64,000 nucleotides of DNA from Clostridiaceae bacterium. Lineage in GTDB: Bacteria; Bacillota; Clostridia; CAYPLH01; DUMO01. The notes beneath the pieces are model-generated. The model was given only the letters and a program-made list of their open reading frames with translations. It had not been told where the DNA came from and searched no databases. This document shows, one piece after another, positions 41,101 to 50,413 of this stretch (positions are counted from its first letter, which is position 1; each line of letters begins with the position of its first letter). The stretch covers positions 1-64,000 of the forward strand of contig DUMO01000064.1 in the NCBI GenBank assembly GCA_012839865.1. Reading direction: 5' to 3'. Position numbers and translations under genes: made by a program.

Positions 41101-41619
41101 CTGGACGCCCTTACGGAAAAGGGCATACCCGGGACACATGAAAAGCTCCTGCCCGGAGGGATTCTATATTTTAAAATCGATGACCCGATAATCCGGAGCA
41201 AAGGGGACATACCCAAAGAAGAAGTTGAAAAGGCAATAATGAAGCATCTTAGAATGGATGGTCTGCTTTTGAATGATGTAAAGCTTGTGAAGGAAATGGA
41301 CAGGGAAATGGATGGAAGTTCGGAGATTATACCTGTCAGGCTCAACAAGGGAGATGAACTTGCCACCTCTTCAAAGGTTGCGACAATGGAGCAGTTTATA
41401 AAGTTGAGGAAACATGCCCGGCACATGCTCAGGCAAATAAGTGAGCAGATAGCCGGGGGCAATATTGCAATCAAGCCCTGGAAGAGTAAAAAGGCGGTTT
41501 CCTGCAAGTTTTGCAGTTTTTCCTCCATATGCAGGTTTGAAGCCTCCATCCCGGGCAACAATTACAGAATACTTTATGATTTGAAGGATGAAGATGTGTG
41601 GGAGAAGATTAAAGGTTAA
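38182..41619 (+). CDS. addB: Helicase-nuclease AddAB subunit B
   Basis: LLVPEQFSLQAE, CPFAYF, GRIDRID, IIDYKSG, C-terminal Fe-S cysteines. Confidence 0.97.
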   Translation: MGIRFIYGRSGSSKSTYCIEEIKSRLEEGVDYPLILLVPEQFSLQAEKNLVAATGRGGIIGCEVLTFRRMAYRVFNEAGGLTKKRLNPAGRSMLIFRVLKKVKKDLKVLSGSASHKGFVKIISELITEFKRHNIAPEELEDVCGKLPDDGFFRQKLREISLIYSEFQKSIEKGYMDLDDDLTYMCKRLNNSVQFDGAEIWIDEFTGFTPQEYSVLEILMQKARNINFSLRTGSLIENNSNDPGNLFSPVLKTINKIVKIANTNKVEIKKPVRLDARPLPRFSNSPELAHLESTLFTYPVVTFSEPVEDIVLFAAKGINSEIESAAKKITGFCREKGLRYRDIAVVTGNLEGYEKNIRNIFELYEIPYFIDSKRSISGHPLVSFVLSALDIYIKNWSYESVFRYLKTGLTNLAPEETDLMENYVLACGIRGNRWTRDEDWDYLPESMYGTDELEDRGALELEKINQIRRKISEPLMSFINSIKGKKAAQDICSALFALLEDTGAAQKTEAYIDYFNSSGQLDLANEYSQIWNILMEMFDQIVEVLGDGIITVEAFREILASGLEEFKIGLVPPSLDQVQVGSIDRSINHNIKALFVLGVNDGLFPAVNKDEGIISDSERNILSGLGLELAEDTRTRTFEENYFVYEILSTPSKFLWLSYPVADEEGRALRPSGIIGMIKRMFPQLVEKSNIIEKTGIEESLELISVPGPTFRELLRKIKSRADGSQIADVWQDAAAWFINNENWSKKFELALSGLTYTNLAGNLERESLHKAIGGTVFTSISRLEKYVNCPFAYFVQYGLKARERKVFRLTPPDVGTFMHNIIDAFSKRIAAQRINWRELTREMCNSMISDIVDTELEKSVGSILKSSKRYFYLVRRLKRIMSRAVWLISEHIRRSGFEPLGYEVSFGYDSSIPPIEIELSNGATVKLTGRIDRIDTMKSEDGTFVRIIDYKSGTKDFKLQDVYYGLQLQLITYLDALTEKGIPGTHEKLLPGGILYFKIDDPIIRSKGDIPKEEVEKAIMKHLRMDGLLLNDVKLVKEMDREMDGSSEIIPVRLNKGDELATSSKVATMEQFIKLRKHARHMLRQISEQIAGGNIAIKPWKSKKAVSCKFCSFSSICRFEASIPGNNYRILYDLKDEDVWEKIKG

Positions 41620-41847
41620 CTTTTTCTGAGGGCTATATGAAGTCTTCACCAAAAGAACGGGTTTGACATACAGCATGTAACATTTATAGCTACACTTGTG
41701 TAATAAAGTCAACAATCAATGGATTGGATTATAATGTGACATCATGCAACAGCGCTTATTATCATTGCATTAACACCCTGTAGGTTCGGTTGCCTTCATG
41801 GCTGGTGTTTTTAAAATATCGAAAATCATACAAACGAGGAGTTTTTT

Positions 41848-44800
41848 ATGTCTGATACAAGATGGACTGATGAACAATTACAGGCAATAAAGCAAAGAGA
41901 CTGCAACCTCCTGGTGGCGGCTGCCGCAGGAGCGGGCAAAACTGCAGTGCTTGTTGAAAGGATTATAAGTAAAATAACAGACAGTAAAAACCCTGTAGAC
42001 ATAGACAGGCTGCTTGTTGTAACCTTCACCAATGCTGCCGCCGCCGAAATGAGGGAGCGAATTGGCAATGCAATAATCAAACTATTAAACACCTCAGCGG
42101 ACCAGGAAAACCTCAAAAGGCAGCTTACACTTCTTACAAGGGCAAATATAACTACAATACATTCCTTTTGCCTGGATGTCATTAAAAACAACTTTCATCA
42201 GTTGGATGTAGACCCCGGCTTCAGAATTGCTGATGAGACAGAAACAACCCTTATAAAAATGGAGGCTCTTGAAGAGCTTTTCGAGGATAAGTACGAAGCT
42301 GAGGATGACCCTGAATTTCTTAGGTTGGTGGAGTGTTATGGAGGTCATATTGATGACAGAAGGCTTGGTGAAATGGTACTGGAGCTTTTTGAATTCACAA
42401 GAAGCTGTCCATGGCCAGAAGAATGGCTGAAAGAGCAGTGCGAAGCTTTCAACCTTCCGGAAGGCGTGGATTTTTCCACCACCAAATGGGCAAAAAGCCT
42501 TCTAACAATGCTTAAAATTGAACTTTCAGGAATGATTGAAAGCCTTAACCGGGCAAAGGCAATATGTTCAGAGTTTGAACTTTTCCCGTACCTGGAATGT
42601 ATCGAGCAGGATATTGCCGCCGTCCGCGAACTGTACAAGCGTGCCAGTGATTCCTGGGATCAATTGATAGCTTCATTTTCCGGTTTTGAGCTGGTCAAGC
42701 TTGCCCGGTGCAAAAAGGACGCGGACAGGAAAGCCCAGGAATCAGTCAGGGATATACGGGATAAGGTTAAAGCAAGGCTGAAAACGCTGAAAGATGATAT
42801 ATTCAACGCCTCCACAGAAGACCTGAGAAAGTCCCTTACGGTTCTGTACCCCATGCTTGGCTGCCTTTCCTCCCTTGTAATGGATTTAAGCCGCAGGTAC
42901 CAGGAAAAGAAAAAGGAAAAAGGCCTTTTGGATTTTGGGGACCTTGAGCATTTATGCCTGAAAATACTTGCATCAAGGGACGATTCGGGCAAAATAACCC
43001 CCTCCGAAACCGCAAAAAGATATAGGGAGTATTATGAAGAAATTCTTGTGGATGAATACCAGGACAGCAACAACATCCAGGAGCTTATTTTAAATATGAT
43101 TTCCGACGCGACTGCGGGTCCTTACATTTTCATGGTGGGTGATGTAAAACAGAGCATATATCGGTTCAGGCAGGCAAAACCTGAATTGTTCCTTCAAAAA
43201 TATAACAATTACCCGATGGAGCCGGGAGAAAGCTCCAGAAAAATACTCCTTTATAAAAATTTCAGAAGCCGCAAAGAAATTCTGGACGGTGTCAACTTCA
43301 TATTCAGACAGCTTATGTCTTGCAACATAGGTGAACTTGACTATACCGAAAAGGAAGCTTTAAACTGCGGGCTTGAGCAAAAGGAGGAAGACAACGGACT
43401 CAATATTGACCGGTCTGTTGAAATTCATATAGTTACCGAACTGCTTCCCCCACAGGAAACAAATTCAACAAGCAATGAATTCAAACCCGAGGTGGCTGGT
43501 CAGGAGGGGAATGTTTCTGAAAATACGGTTCATGCAGGGCGAATTCAAGCGAAGGGACAAGGATATCCGGCTAATCCGGCGCAAATCCAGGCAATCCAAA
43601 AACAACATCTGGAGAGCCCCGACCAGGATGATTCATCATCCGGCACTCCCGATCAGGAGGATATACCGGATAAAATACAAGCGGAAGCCAGAATGGTGGC
43701 TGCAAGAATTTGTGAACTGGTTTTGGGTGAAAACCCGCACCTCGTATGGGATAAAAAACTTGGAAATTACAGGCCTGTGCAGTATAGGGACATAGTTATT
43801 CTATTGCGGGCGACAAAAAACTGGTCGGATATATTCACCGAAGAGCTTACAGCCCATAACATTCCATGTTATGCAGATACGGGAACGGGATTTTTCAGGA
43901 CCACCGAAATTGAAACAATAATGTCGCTGCTTATGATAATTGACAACCCCCTGCAAGACATCCCGCTGATTGCAGTATTGAGGTCCCAGATTGCTGGCTT
44001 TACTCCGGATGAGTTGGTCAGGATAAGAAATATGGATAAAAACTCATCCTTTTACAATGCAATGTGTCTGGCCAGAGAAGGATGCGATGAGCTTTCTCTG
44101 AAGGTTTCCGATTTTTTGAACAGGCTGGAGGGTTGGAGGAAGAAATCTCTGTATTTGAACACTGACGAGCTTTTGTGGCATCTTTACACGGATACCGGGT
44201 ATTACAGCTATGCTGCCCTGATGCCCGGCGGAGCTCAGCGGCAGGGCAATCTGGACATTTTGCTTGAGAGGGCCCGCCAGTTTGAAAAAACAAGTTACAG
44301 GGGGCTTTTCAACTTTATCAATTTCATTGACAAACTTAAAAGCCGCCAGGGTGACATGGGCAGTGCAAAAATCCTTGGAGAAAATGAAAATGTTGTGAGA
44401 ATCATGAGCATTCACAAAAGCAAAGGTTTGGAGTTTCCAGTTGTATTCGTTTCAGGGTGCGGCAAGCAGTTCAACATGCAGGATACTGCAAAAAGCATCC
44501 TTGTACACCAGGAACTTGGCTTTGGCCCTGACTTTATCGACCCTGAAAAAAGAATCGCATATCCTACTGTTGCAAAGCACTCCATCCAAAGCAAGCTCAA
44601 GTTTGAAACCCTTTCTGAGGAAATGCGGATTCTTTATGTTGCCTTCACCCGTGCAAGTGAGAAACTGATAATAACAGCTTCGGTTGCAGATATTGAAAAA
44701 GCTTGTGCAAAATGGAGCAGTGTTATTGGAACCCGGAATATCCAACTTCCGGAGTTTGAAGTGCTGCAAAGTCGTAGATATATCGACTGGATATGCCTTT

Positions 44801-45723
44801 CTGCCATACGCCATAAAGAAATGAGGCAGCTTCGGGAAATTGCAGGGAAGGATTTGCCCGCATGCTTGATTGATGACGGCTCCAAATGGTCCTTCAGGCT
44901 CTGGAACAGCAGTTGCCTTACCCAGGCTTCTGAAAAGTTCAGTGAATCAGGCAGGGAGATTATTGATGAAATCAACAGCCTGAAAGGGGCAAGATCCGAA
45001 GGTCAGTACAGCAATATTATAAACGACAGGTTGTGCTGGAATTACAAGTATGCCGAATTGTCCACAATTCCTGCCAAGATGACTGTTACCGAGTTGAAAA
45101 GAAGACTTAATGCCGAGCTTGATGAGTCCAATTCCACTAATTTATTTTATACACCAAGGCTCATTAAGCGCCCTGCCTTCATGGAAAGGGCAACGGCTAA
45201 AACCCCTGCCGAGAAAGGTACCATCCTGCACTTTGTAATGCAGCACCTGGACCTTTTGAACTCCTCAAGCCGCAAGGATATTGAGGTGCAACTGGATATG
45301 ATGGTTGAAAAGGAACTCCTTGCAAAAGAAGACCTTGAAGTTGTGGATGTTTATAAAATTCTGGAGTTTATCAACTCCCCCCTTGGAAAAAGGATCAGAA
45401 ACTCTTCAGTTGTAAAAAGAGAGATACCCTTCAACATGGAGCTTCCGGTTGAAGCTATCAGGAAAGTTTTAAAGAAGGAAATAGAGAGTGATGAAACCAT
45501 ATTGCTCCAGGGAGTAATCGACCTGTTTTTCGAAGAAGACGGAGAGCTTGTCCTGGTGGATTACAAGACAGACTATGTCCCGGCAGGAGAAACGGACACA
45601 TTTAAAGAAAAATACAAGGTTCAGATGGAGTATTACAAAAAGGCCCTGGAAAAACTTACCGGTAAAAAAGTGAAAGAAAGTTACATATATCTTTTCTGGA
45701 ACAACGATACCATAGCTTATTGA
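41848..45723 (+). CDS. addA: Helicase-nuclease AddAB subunit A
   Basis: AAAGAGKT, VDEYQD, VGDVKQSIYRFR, SIHKSKGLEF, GVIDLFF..VDYKTD. Confidence 0.97.
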   Translation: MSDTRWTDEQLQAIKQRDCNLLVAAAAGAGKTAVLVERIISKITDSKNPVDIDRLLVVTFTNAAAAEMRERIGNAIIKLLNTSADQENLKRQLTLLTRANITTIHSFCLDVIKNNFHQLDVDPGFRIADETETTLIKMEALEELFEDKYEAEDDPEFLRLVECYGGHIDDRRLGEMVLELFEFTRSCPWPEEWLKEQCEAFNLPEGVDFSTTKWAKSLLTMLKIELSGMIESLNRAKAICSEFELFPYLECIEQDIAAVRELYKRASDSWDQLIASFSGFELVKLARCKKDADRKAQESVRDIRDKVKARLKTLKDDIFNASTEDLRKSLTVLYPMLGCLSSLVMDLSRRYQEKKKEKGLLDFGDLEHLCLKILASRDDSGKITPSETAKRYREYYEEILVDEYQDSNNIQELILNMISDATAGPYIFMVGDVKQSIYRFRQAKPELFLQKYNNYPMEPGESSRKILLYKNFRSRKEILDGVNFIFRQLMSCNIGELDYTEKEALNCGLEQKEEDNGLNIDRSVEIHIVTELLPPQETNSTSNEFKPEVAGQEGNVSENTVHAGRIQAKGQGYPANPAQIQAIQKQHLESPDQDDSSSGTPDQEDIPDKIQAEARMVAARICELVLGENPHLVWDKKLGNYRPVQYRDIVILLRATKNWSDIFTEELTAHNIPCYADTGTGFFRTTEIETIMSLLMIIDNPLQDIPLIAVLRSQIAGFTPDELVRIRNMDKNSSFYNAMCLAREGCDELSLKVSDFLNRLEGWRKKSLYLNTDELLWHLYTDTGYYSYAALMPGGAQRQGNLDILLERARQFEKTSYRGLFNFINFIDKLKSRQGDMGSAKILGENENVVRIMSIHKSKGLEFPVVFVSGCGKQFNMQDTAKSILVHQELGFGPDFIDPEKRIAYPTVAKHSIQSKLKFETLSEEMRILYVAFTRASEKLIITASVADIEKACAKWSSVIGTRNIQLPEFEVLQSRRYIDWICLSAIRHKEMRQLREIAGKDLPACLIDDGSKWSFRLWNSSCLTQASEKFSESGREIIDEINSLKGARSEGQYSNIINDRLCWNYKYAELSTIPAKMTVTELKRRLNAELDESNSTNLFYTPRLIKRPAFMERATAKTPAEKGTILHFVMQHLDLLNSSSRKDIEVQLDMMVEKELLAKEDLEVVDVYKILEFINSPLGKRIRNSSVVKREIPFNMELPVEAIRKVLKKEIESDETILLQGVIDLFFEEDGELVLVDYKTDYVPAGETDTFKEKYKVQMEYYKKALEKLTGKKVKESYIYLFWNNDTIAY

Positions 45724-45834
45724 TTTTCCGGAAAAATGATGCTATAGCTTATAAGTATTATTTTTCAGCGTATTATTTAACAAACACTTTCAGCACTGAA
45801 ATACCGAATAGGCAAGAAATATAGACTGATGTGA

Positions 45835-46041
45835 ATGAAATGTGTGCGGAACAATAACTATTAGCTTTATTTTGCCAGAAAACCAGGTAAGATGAAGGCA
45901 AAAATGCGTGAAAAAAACAGGATGTTTTTTTAGCTTTTTCGAGCCAAGGATGGCGAGTAAAAAGCGGTAGCATTTTTGCCTTCAGCGAACCGCTGGTTTT
46001 CTCAAAATAAGAGCCTTGTTATTGTTCCGCACACATTTCAT
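45835..46041. mobile_element. ~207-bp palindromic MITE-like element, copy 2 (inverted relative to copy 1)
   Basis: Perfect 24-bp terminal inverted repeat ATGAAATGTGTGCGGAACAATAAC. Confidence 0.8.
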
Positions 46042-46105
46042 TTGCAGCAGTAGTATAAAAACTGATTACTCATGAGGAATGCTTGAACAGCAGCTTAAAC
46101 TTCTT

Positions 46106-46834
46106 CTACCTGATAAGATGTGACAACATATAATATATCAATGGAATGAATATGGCAGGCAGCATATTGCCAGTCTTCAGCTTTTTAATCTCAAGCATGT
46201 TTATTCCAATAGCCATAATCAGGACACTACCCACCAAAGACATCTGGCTTATTACAACATCCGTAAGCCAGGGTTTCAAAAAGCCTGCAAGAAGGGTTAT
46301 ACCCCCTTGATAAACCAAAACGGGAATGGAAGAAAACACCACTCCCACTCCCAAAGTTGATGCAAAAACCATGGCCGTAACTCCATCCAGGATCGATTTG
46401 GCTATAAGGGTGCCTGGGTTTCCGGCAAGTCCATCCTCAAGAGAACCTACAATAGCCATGGCACCTACACAAAACAAAAGGCTGGCACCTACAAATCCCT
46501 GGGAAAAATTACTGTCATTGAAAGACAGTTTCTGTTTAAACCACATTCCCATTTTGTTGAGGTATTCTTCAATGTTGAGGAATTCCCCAACAATGCCTCC
46601 GATTACCAGGCTCAATACCATAAGCATTATATACTCTCTGCTCAGGTGCCCCTCTTCAACCACAATATACATACTTTGAAGGGCTCCGGATATTCCAACA
46701 ATCATAACAGCCAAACCAACTGTCTGGATTATGGTGTTTTTATATCTTTCCGGCAACCCTTTTTTTAAGAATATTCCGATTATTCCACCGGCTATAATGG
46801 CACATGTATTTATTAATGTACCTAAACCAATCAT
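46106..46834 (-). CDS. DUF554 family membrane protein
   Basis: GLGTLIN, LLFCVGAMAIVGSLEDG, KSILDG. Confidence 0.92.
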   Translation of the reverse strand: MIGLGTLINTCAIIAGGIIGIFLKKGLPERYKNTIIQTVGLAVMIVGISGALQSMYIVVEEGHLSREYIMLMVLSLVIGGIVGEFLNIEEYLNKMGMWFKQKLSFNDSNFSQGFVGASLLFCVGAMAIVGSLEDGLAGNPGTLIAKSILDGVTAMVFASTLGVGVVFSSIPVLVYQGGITLLAGFLKPWLTDVVISQMSLVGSVLIMAIGINMLEIKKLKTGNMLPAIFIPLIYYMLSHLIR

Positions 46835-47793
46835 TTTTGAGATTCCTCGATTATCTTCTTATATTTGCTTCCTATAATTGAGCCTATAACAAGCTGAGTC
46901 ATGTGATAGGCTACAAACACTATAGGTGCTAAACCATACTGGGGAAAATACTTGCCCCAGACTAATACTGACGCCGGCAGTGTTTTTTGTGATCCGTTAA
47001 GCATGACAGCAACCTGCGTTCCTTTATCAACCCTGCTAATTTTAGCATATAGCGCTGCCAATGACAACATTATTAACTGAATAACAACTACCAGAAGCAG
47101 TACAATAAACACCACCTGAATATTTGATTTCAACTGGTCTGCAGCAGAAGCTCCACCTGTCAGGACAAACATAACGATAACCAGCTGTCCGACAAATTTT
47201 CTCACGGGATTTATATACTTAAGCCATTTTTCAGCAAACAGCCTTACGATTTGTGCAAGAACAACTGGCAGCACAAGAACAACAACAAGGTTCATTATCA
47301 TTTCCCCTACATTAAATGTTATCTGTTGCTCAGTAGCCATGATGAACCTCAATAATGCCGGGGTTATGAATGCAGAAGCAATATTGTTTACAATGGTAAT
47401 TATCAGCGCCAGAGGAACATTGCCAAGGGCTGCCATTGTCAGGACAACACCTGACGACACTGTACTTGACTGGGTTGCAATAATCATGAAACCTGCACCG
47501 ACTTCGCTGCCTTTTAAACCGGTAACCAGCATGAGCAGCCAGGCTACAACCGGGAAAATAATATACACCGATAAAAAAGTATATAAGATGCTTTTATAAT
47601 CCTTAATACTGTCAGTTAACTTTTTGAAAGACAATCCAAGACTTGAGCCAAACATGGCAATAAACGTCATTGGGTCCAAAATACCAATTTCTTTAGCTTT
47701 CAAGCCTATTGACGGATACATTATTGTAAAAACCAGAACTGCAAAAATAACAAGCAGGAAAGAATTACTCTTTAAAATTCGTTTTAACGCCAA
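46831..47793 (-). CDS. Bile acid:sodium symporter family transporter
   Basis: STVSSGVVLT..ALGNVPLAL..NNIASAFITP, SQKTLP; TTG start after GGAGGT. Confidence 0.85.
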   Translation of the reverse strand: MALKRILKSNSFLLVIFAVLVFTIMYPSIGLKAKEIGILDPMTFIAMFGSSLGLSFKKLTDSIKDYKSILYTFLSVYIIFPVVAWLLMLVTGLKGSEVGAGFMIIATQSSTVSSGVVLTMAALGNVPLALIITIVNNIASAFITPALLRFIMATEQQITFNVGEMIMNLVVVLVLPVVLAQIVRLFAEKWLKYINPVRKFVGQLVIVMFVLTGGASAADQLKSNIQVVFIVLLLVVVIQLIMLSLAALYAKISRVDKGTQVAVMLNGSQKTLPASVLVWGKYFPQYGLAPIVFVAYHMTQLVIGSIIGSKYKKIIEESQK

Positions 47794-48196
47794 GCAAATA
47801 ACCTCCAATACTTTTACTAAGATTCCTGTTTTATGAAAAAGCCATAAACCGGCCATCAACACTTCCTAAATAATAATCAAACGCGACAGATAAATCAATA
47901 AACATTTTTTAATAAAATTGTCTTAAATTAAAGTAACAGGCCATTATTGCGAGTTTTATTACATAAAAAAGGTTATAGCTTAAGTCCACTTAATATTAAA
48001 GACATTTTGTTAACTTTTATGTTTCCCTTTTAATATACTGTAATAAGATTAATAATCAAAAAGCATTTTGGATGACTTCACATAAGGTTTGCAGTCCAGG
48101 AGCCTGCTTCCGGTAATGTGGGCTATTGTGGAACTCAACTTGCTTTTTTGAGAAGAATCAAGCTTAACGGAATTAGTATACAAAACAGGTGATTTT

Positions 48197-48640
48197 ATGG
48201 CTTACACAGCGAGAGAATTATTTGCCCGAATGATTAAATGCGAAGCAGGCGGCGAAGGTCTGAACGGCATGAGAGCTGTCGCCACTGTTATAATGAACAG
48301 GGTGCATGCAGCATACGGAGAATATCAACGGGTATGCCAGGGTGACCTGCGCCGGGTCCTTGAACAACCGTATCAATTTACTTGCATGATGAGTACTGTC
48401 TACGGCGAACAAAACCCACAGACGGTATGGTCAAATCCGCCGGAGCAAATACATTATGAGGTGGTTGACTGGGCTCTTTCAGGCAACCAGTTAATGGGCG
48501 CTGCTGAATGCCTATGGTACATGAACCCTTTTTCTCCCCAGTGTCCGAATACTTTCCCCAGAAACGGCACCGGGAGAATATTCAACCGCATAGGAGAGCA
48601 TTGTTTTTACCAGCCCACTGAATTGTATTCCCAGACATAG
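48197..48640 (+). CDS. Cell wall hydrolase (SleB/CwlJ Hydrolase_2 family)
   Basis: ARMIKCEAGGE..AVATVIMNR, QPYQF, RIGEHCFY. Confidence 0.88.
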   Translation: MAYTARELFARMIKCEAGGEGLNGMRAVATVIMNRVHAAYGEYQRVCQGDLRRVLEQPYQFTCMMSTVYGEQNPQTVWSNPPEQIHYEVVDWALSGNQLMGAAECLWYMNPFSPQCPNTFPRNGTGRIFNRIGEHCFYQPTELYSQT

Positions 48641-48783
48641 AAGCATGGAAGAATCTGCCCTGTATTTGGGGCAAACCATGCCTGTTTTTTGATAGCAAAA
48701 GCAACACCTCTGTTCCAGGAGAATAATTGCAATTTGAATAAAAACAATATTGAAAATAAAGATTTTTTAGGAGGTTAAAATAA

Positions 48784-49368
48784 ATGAAAAAATCAGAACA
48801 CTTTTCACCGAAAGGTTCGATGCAAAGTGGCACATCGGGTTATCAGAACCTGAGACCGCGTCAGGTACCTTCACCCCCGTTTATTCCTTCGCATAACGGG
48901 ATGACAAATATGGCCCCCATGGTCCCCGGATATCTGCCATCTCCACCATTTCCCCAGCAGCAAGGAAAAAAGTCCTTACCCTTCCCTTCTGCTTACGGAA
49001 CCATGCCGATGCCGACGGGAGCATCCGCCGCCTCACCCATTTCCGGTACTTTGGCACAAACCATGGATTCAACAGGAAGCAGTATGCCAATGGCAGTTTC
49101 CGGCCAGACACCCGGTACACTCCCAGTCCTTACAGATGAGCAACCACCAACGACAATGACAAGCACCCTTTATACTCCTGGTTTCCTCAGGACTCAAATA
49201 GGGAAAAATGTCAGAGTGGAATTCCTTATAGGCACCAATCAGCTTGTTGACCGTTTTGGAACACTGGTTGGTGTTGGAGCAAGCTATATATTAATCAACG
49301 AAGCTGAGAGCGATGATTTGCTCCTGTGTGATATTTACTCAATTAAATTTGTAAAATTCTATTACTGA
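48784..49368 (+). CDS. Spore coat protein, GerQ-like C-terminal domain with Pro-rich N-terminus
   Basis: FLRTQIGKNVRVEFLIGT..GTLVGVGASYIL..LLCDIYSIKFV; follows the cortex hydrolase. Confidence 0.65.
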   Translation: MKKSEHFSPKGSMQSGTSGYQNLRPRQVPSPPFIPSHNGMTNMAPMVPGYLPSPPFPQQQGKKSLPFPSAYGTMPMPTGASAASPISGTLAQTMDSTGSSMPMAVSGQTPGTLPVLTDEQPPTTMTSTLYTPGFLRTQIGKNVRVEFLIGTNQLVDRFGTLVGVGASYILINEAESDDLLLCDIYSIKFVKFYY

Positions 49369-49411
49369 TTTCTCCAGCTGATGCTAAAATCAAAGTCAAC
49401 CGATAAGCAAA

Positions 49412-49453
49412 AAGAAGCCTGAATTTAAGTTGGGATTTTCAGGCTTCTAAAAA
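49412..49453 (+). terminator. Terminator after the spore operon
   Basis: AGAAGCCTGAA...TTCAGGCTTCT inverted repeat. Confidence 0.65.
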
Positions 49454-49512
49454 AACATTGCATTATGAGGTGTCTGTAGCGTATAATTGTAGACAATAGC
49501 GGAGGTGAAGGT

Positions 49513-50133
49513 ATGTCCAGTTTTGGCCAAAGGCTGAAATTTCTCAGAGAAGAAAGAGGAGATAACCAGGAAAAAATTGCAAATATGCTGGGTATTAGCA
49601 GAGCTGCCATCTCCAAATATGAAAATGATGAGAGAGAGCCTGATATGAAAACCATACTTGCACTGACCAATTACTTTGATGTTTCAGTGGATTTTTTGTT
49701 TGGGAAGACACCAATACGTGGAAATCCGCACAACATTCAAGAAAATCTCAAATTGATTTTTGGAGAAAGTCCCATCGAGCAAATTCAGGCAGACATACTC
49801 AGAACTATTGGTGTAAATTTTAGCATTGAGGATTTGAAAAACTACATTTCAGGAAACAGAATACCTTCGCTTAAGTCTCTAATAGCATTGGCAGACTATG
49901 CTCAGGTAAGTCTTGATTTTTTTTACCGGAAAAACACCCCTGAATCCCTGAAAAATGAACAAGAGAACTTCAAAAATAATGGTGATAATGCTTTTTCAGA
50001 TCATGAAGTAATTGAAGACATGCTTATTGATAAAAATTATATTAAACTTGCCAAGTGGATTAAGAAACGGAATCTATCTCCTGAAAAAATTATAAAATTG
50101 CTTGAAAACATTCTGACAATAGGCAATGATTAA
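49513..50133 (+). CDS. XRE-family regulator with two HTH-like domains
   Basis: LKFLREE..ISKYENDEREPD..VSVDFLFG, and a second unit NYISGNRIPS..QVSLDFFY. Confidence 0.88.
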   Translation: MSSFGQRLKFLREERGDNQEKIANMLGISRAAISKYENDEREPDMKTILALTNYFDVSVDFLFGKTPIRGNPHNIQENLKLIFGESPIEQIQADILRTIGVNFSIEDLKNYISGNRIPSLKSLIALADYAQVSLDFFYRKNTPESLKNEQENFKNNGDNAFSDHEVIEDMLIDKNYIKLAKWIKKRNLSPEKIIKLLENILTIGND

Positions 50134-50190
50134 AATTCACGGGCAGCAAATGCCAAATGCCTGTTGCCCAAAACACCCATAATAAAACCT

Positions 50191-50215
50191 CAAAGAACCC
50201 TCTTCGGGTTCTTTG
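50191..50215. terminator. Hairpin between the convergent XRE and agrD genes
   Basis: CAAAGAACCC-TCTTC-GGGTTCTTTG. Confidence 0.65.
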
Positions 50216-50251
50216 GGGCGCCAAGATACTTATTCCATGAAGTCAGTCAGA

Positions 50252-50374
50252 TTATTTTCTTAAGCATTTTGGTTCTTTGGGTTGATGAATTATAAACGAA
50301 CATGCTGAAGAAGCTGTAAACAAAGCTGCAAGAGTGAGCAGAGCGCCAACAATACGTAATACTTTTGATTTCAT
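50252..50374 (-). CDS. agrD: Cyclic lactone autoinducer peptide precursor, 40 aa (not in ORF track)
   Basis: MKSKVLRIVGALLTLAALFTASSACSFIIHQPKEPKCLRK*; AAGGAGG RBS; S-A-C-x4-H-Q-P-K-E-P motif. Confidence 0.9.
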   Translation of the reverse strand: MKSKVLRIVGALLTLAALFTASSACSFIIHQPKEPKCLRK

Positions 50375-50413
50375 CTAAAAAACCCTCCTTTACCTTTTTA
50401 ATAAATTTATTTT

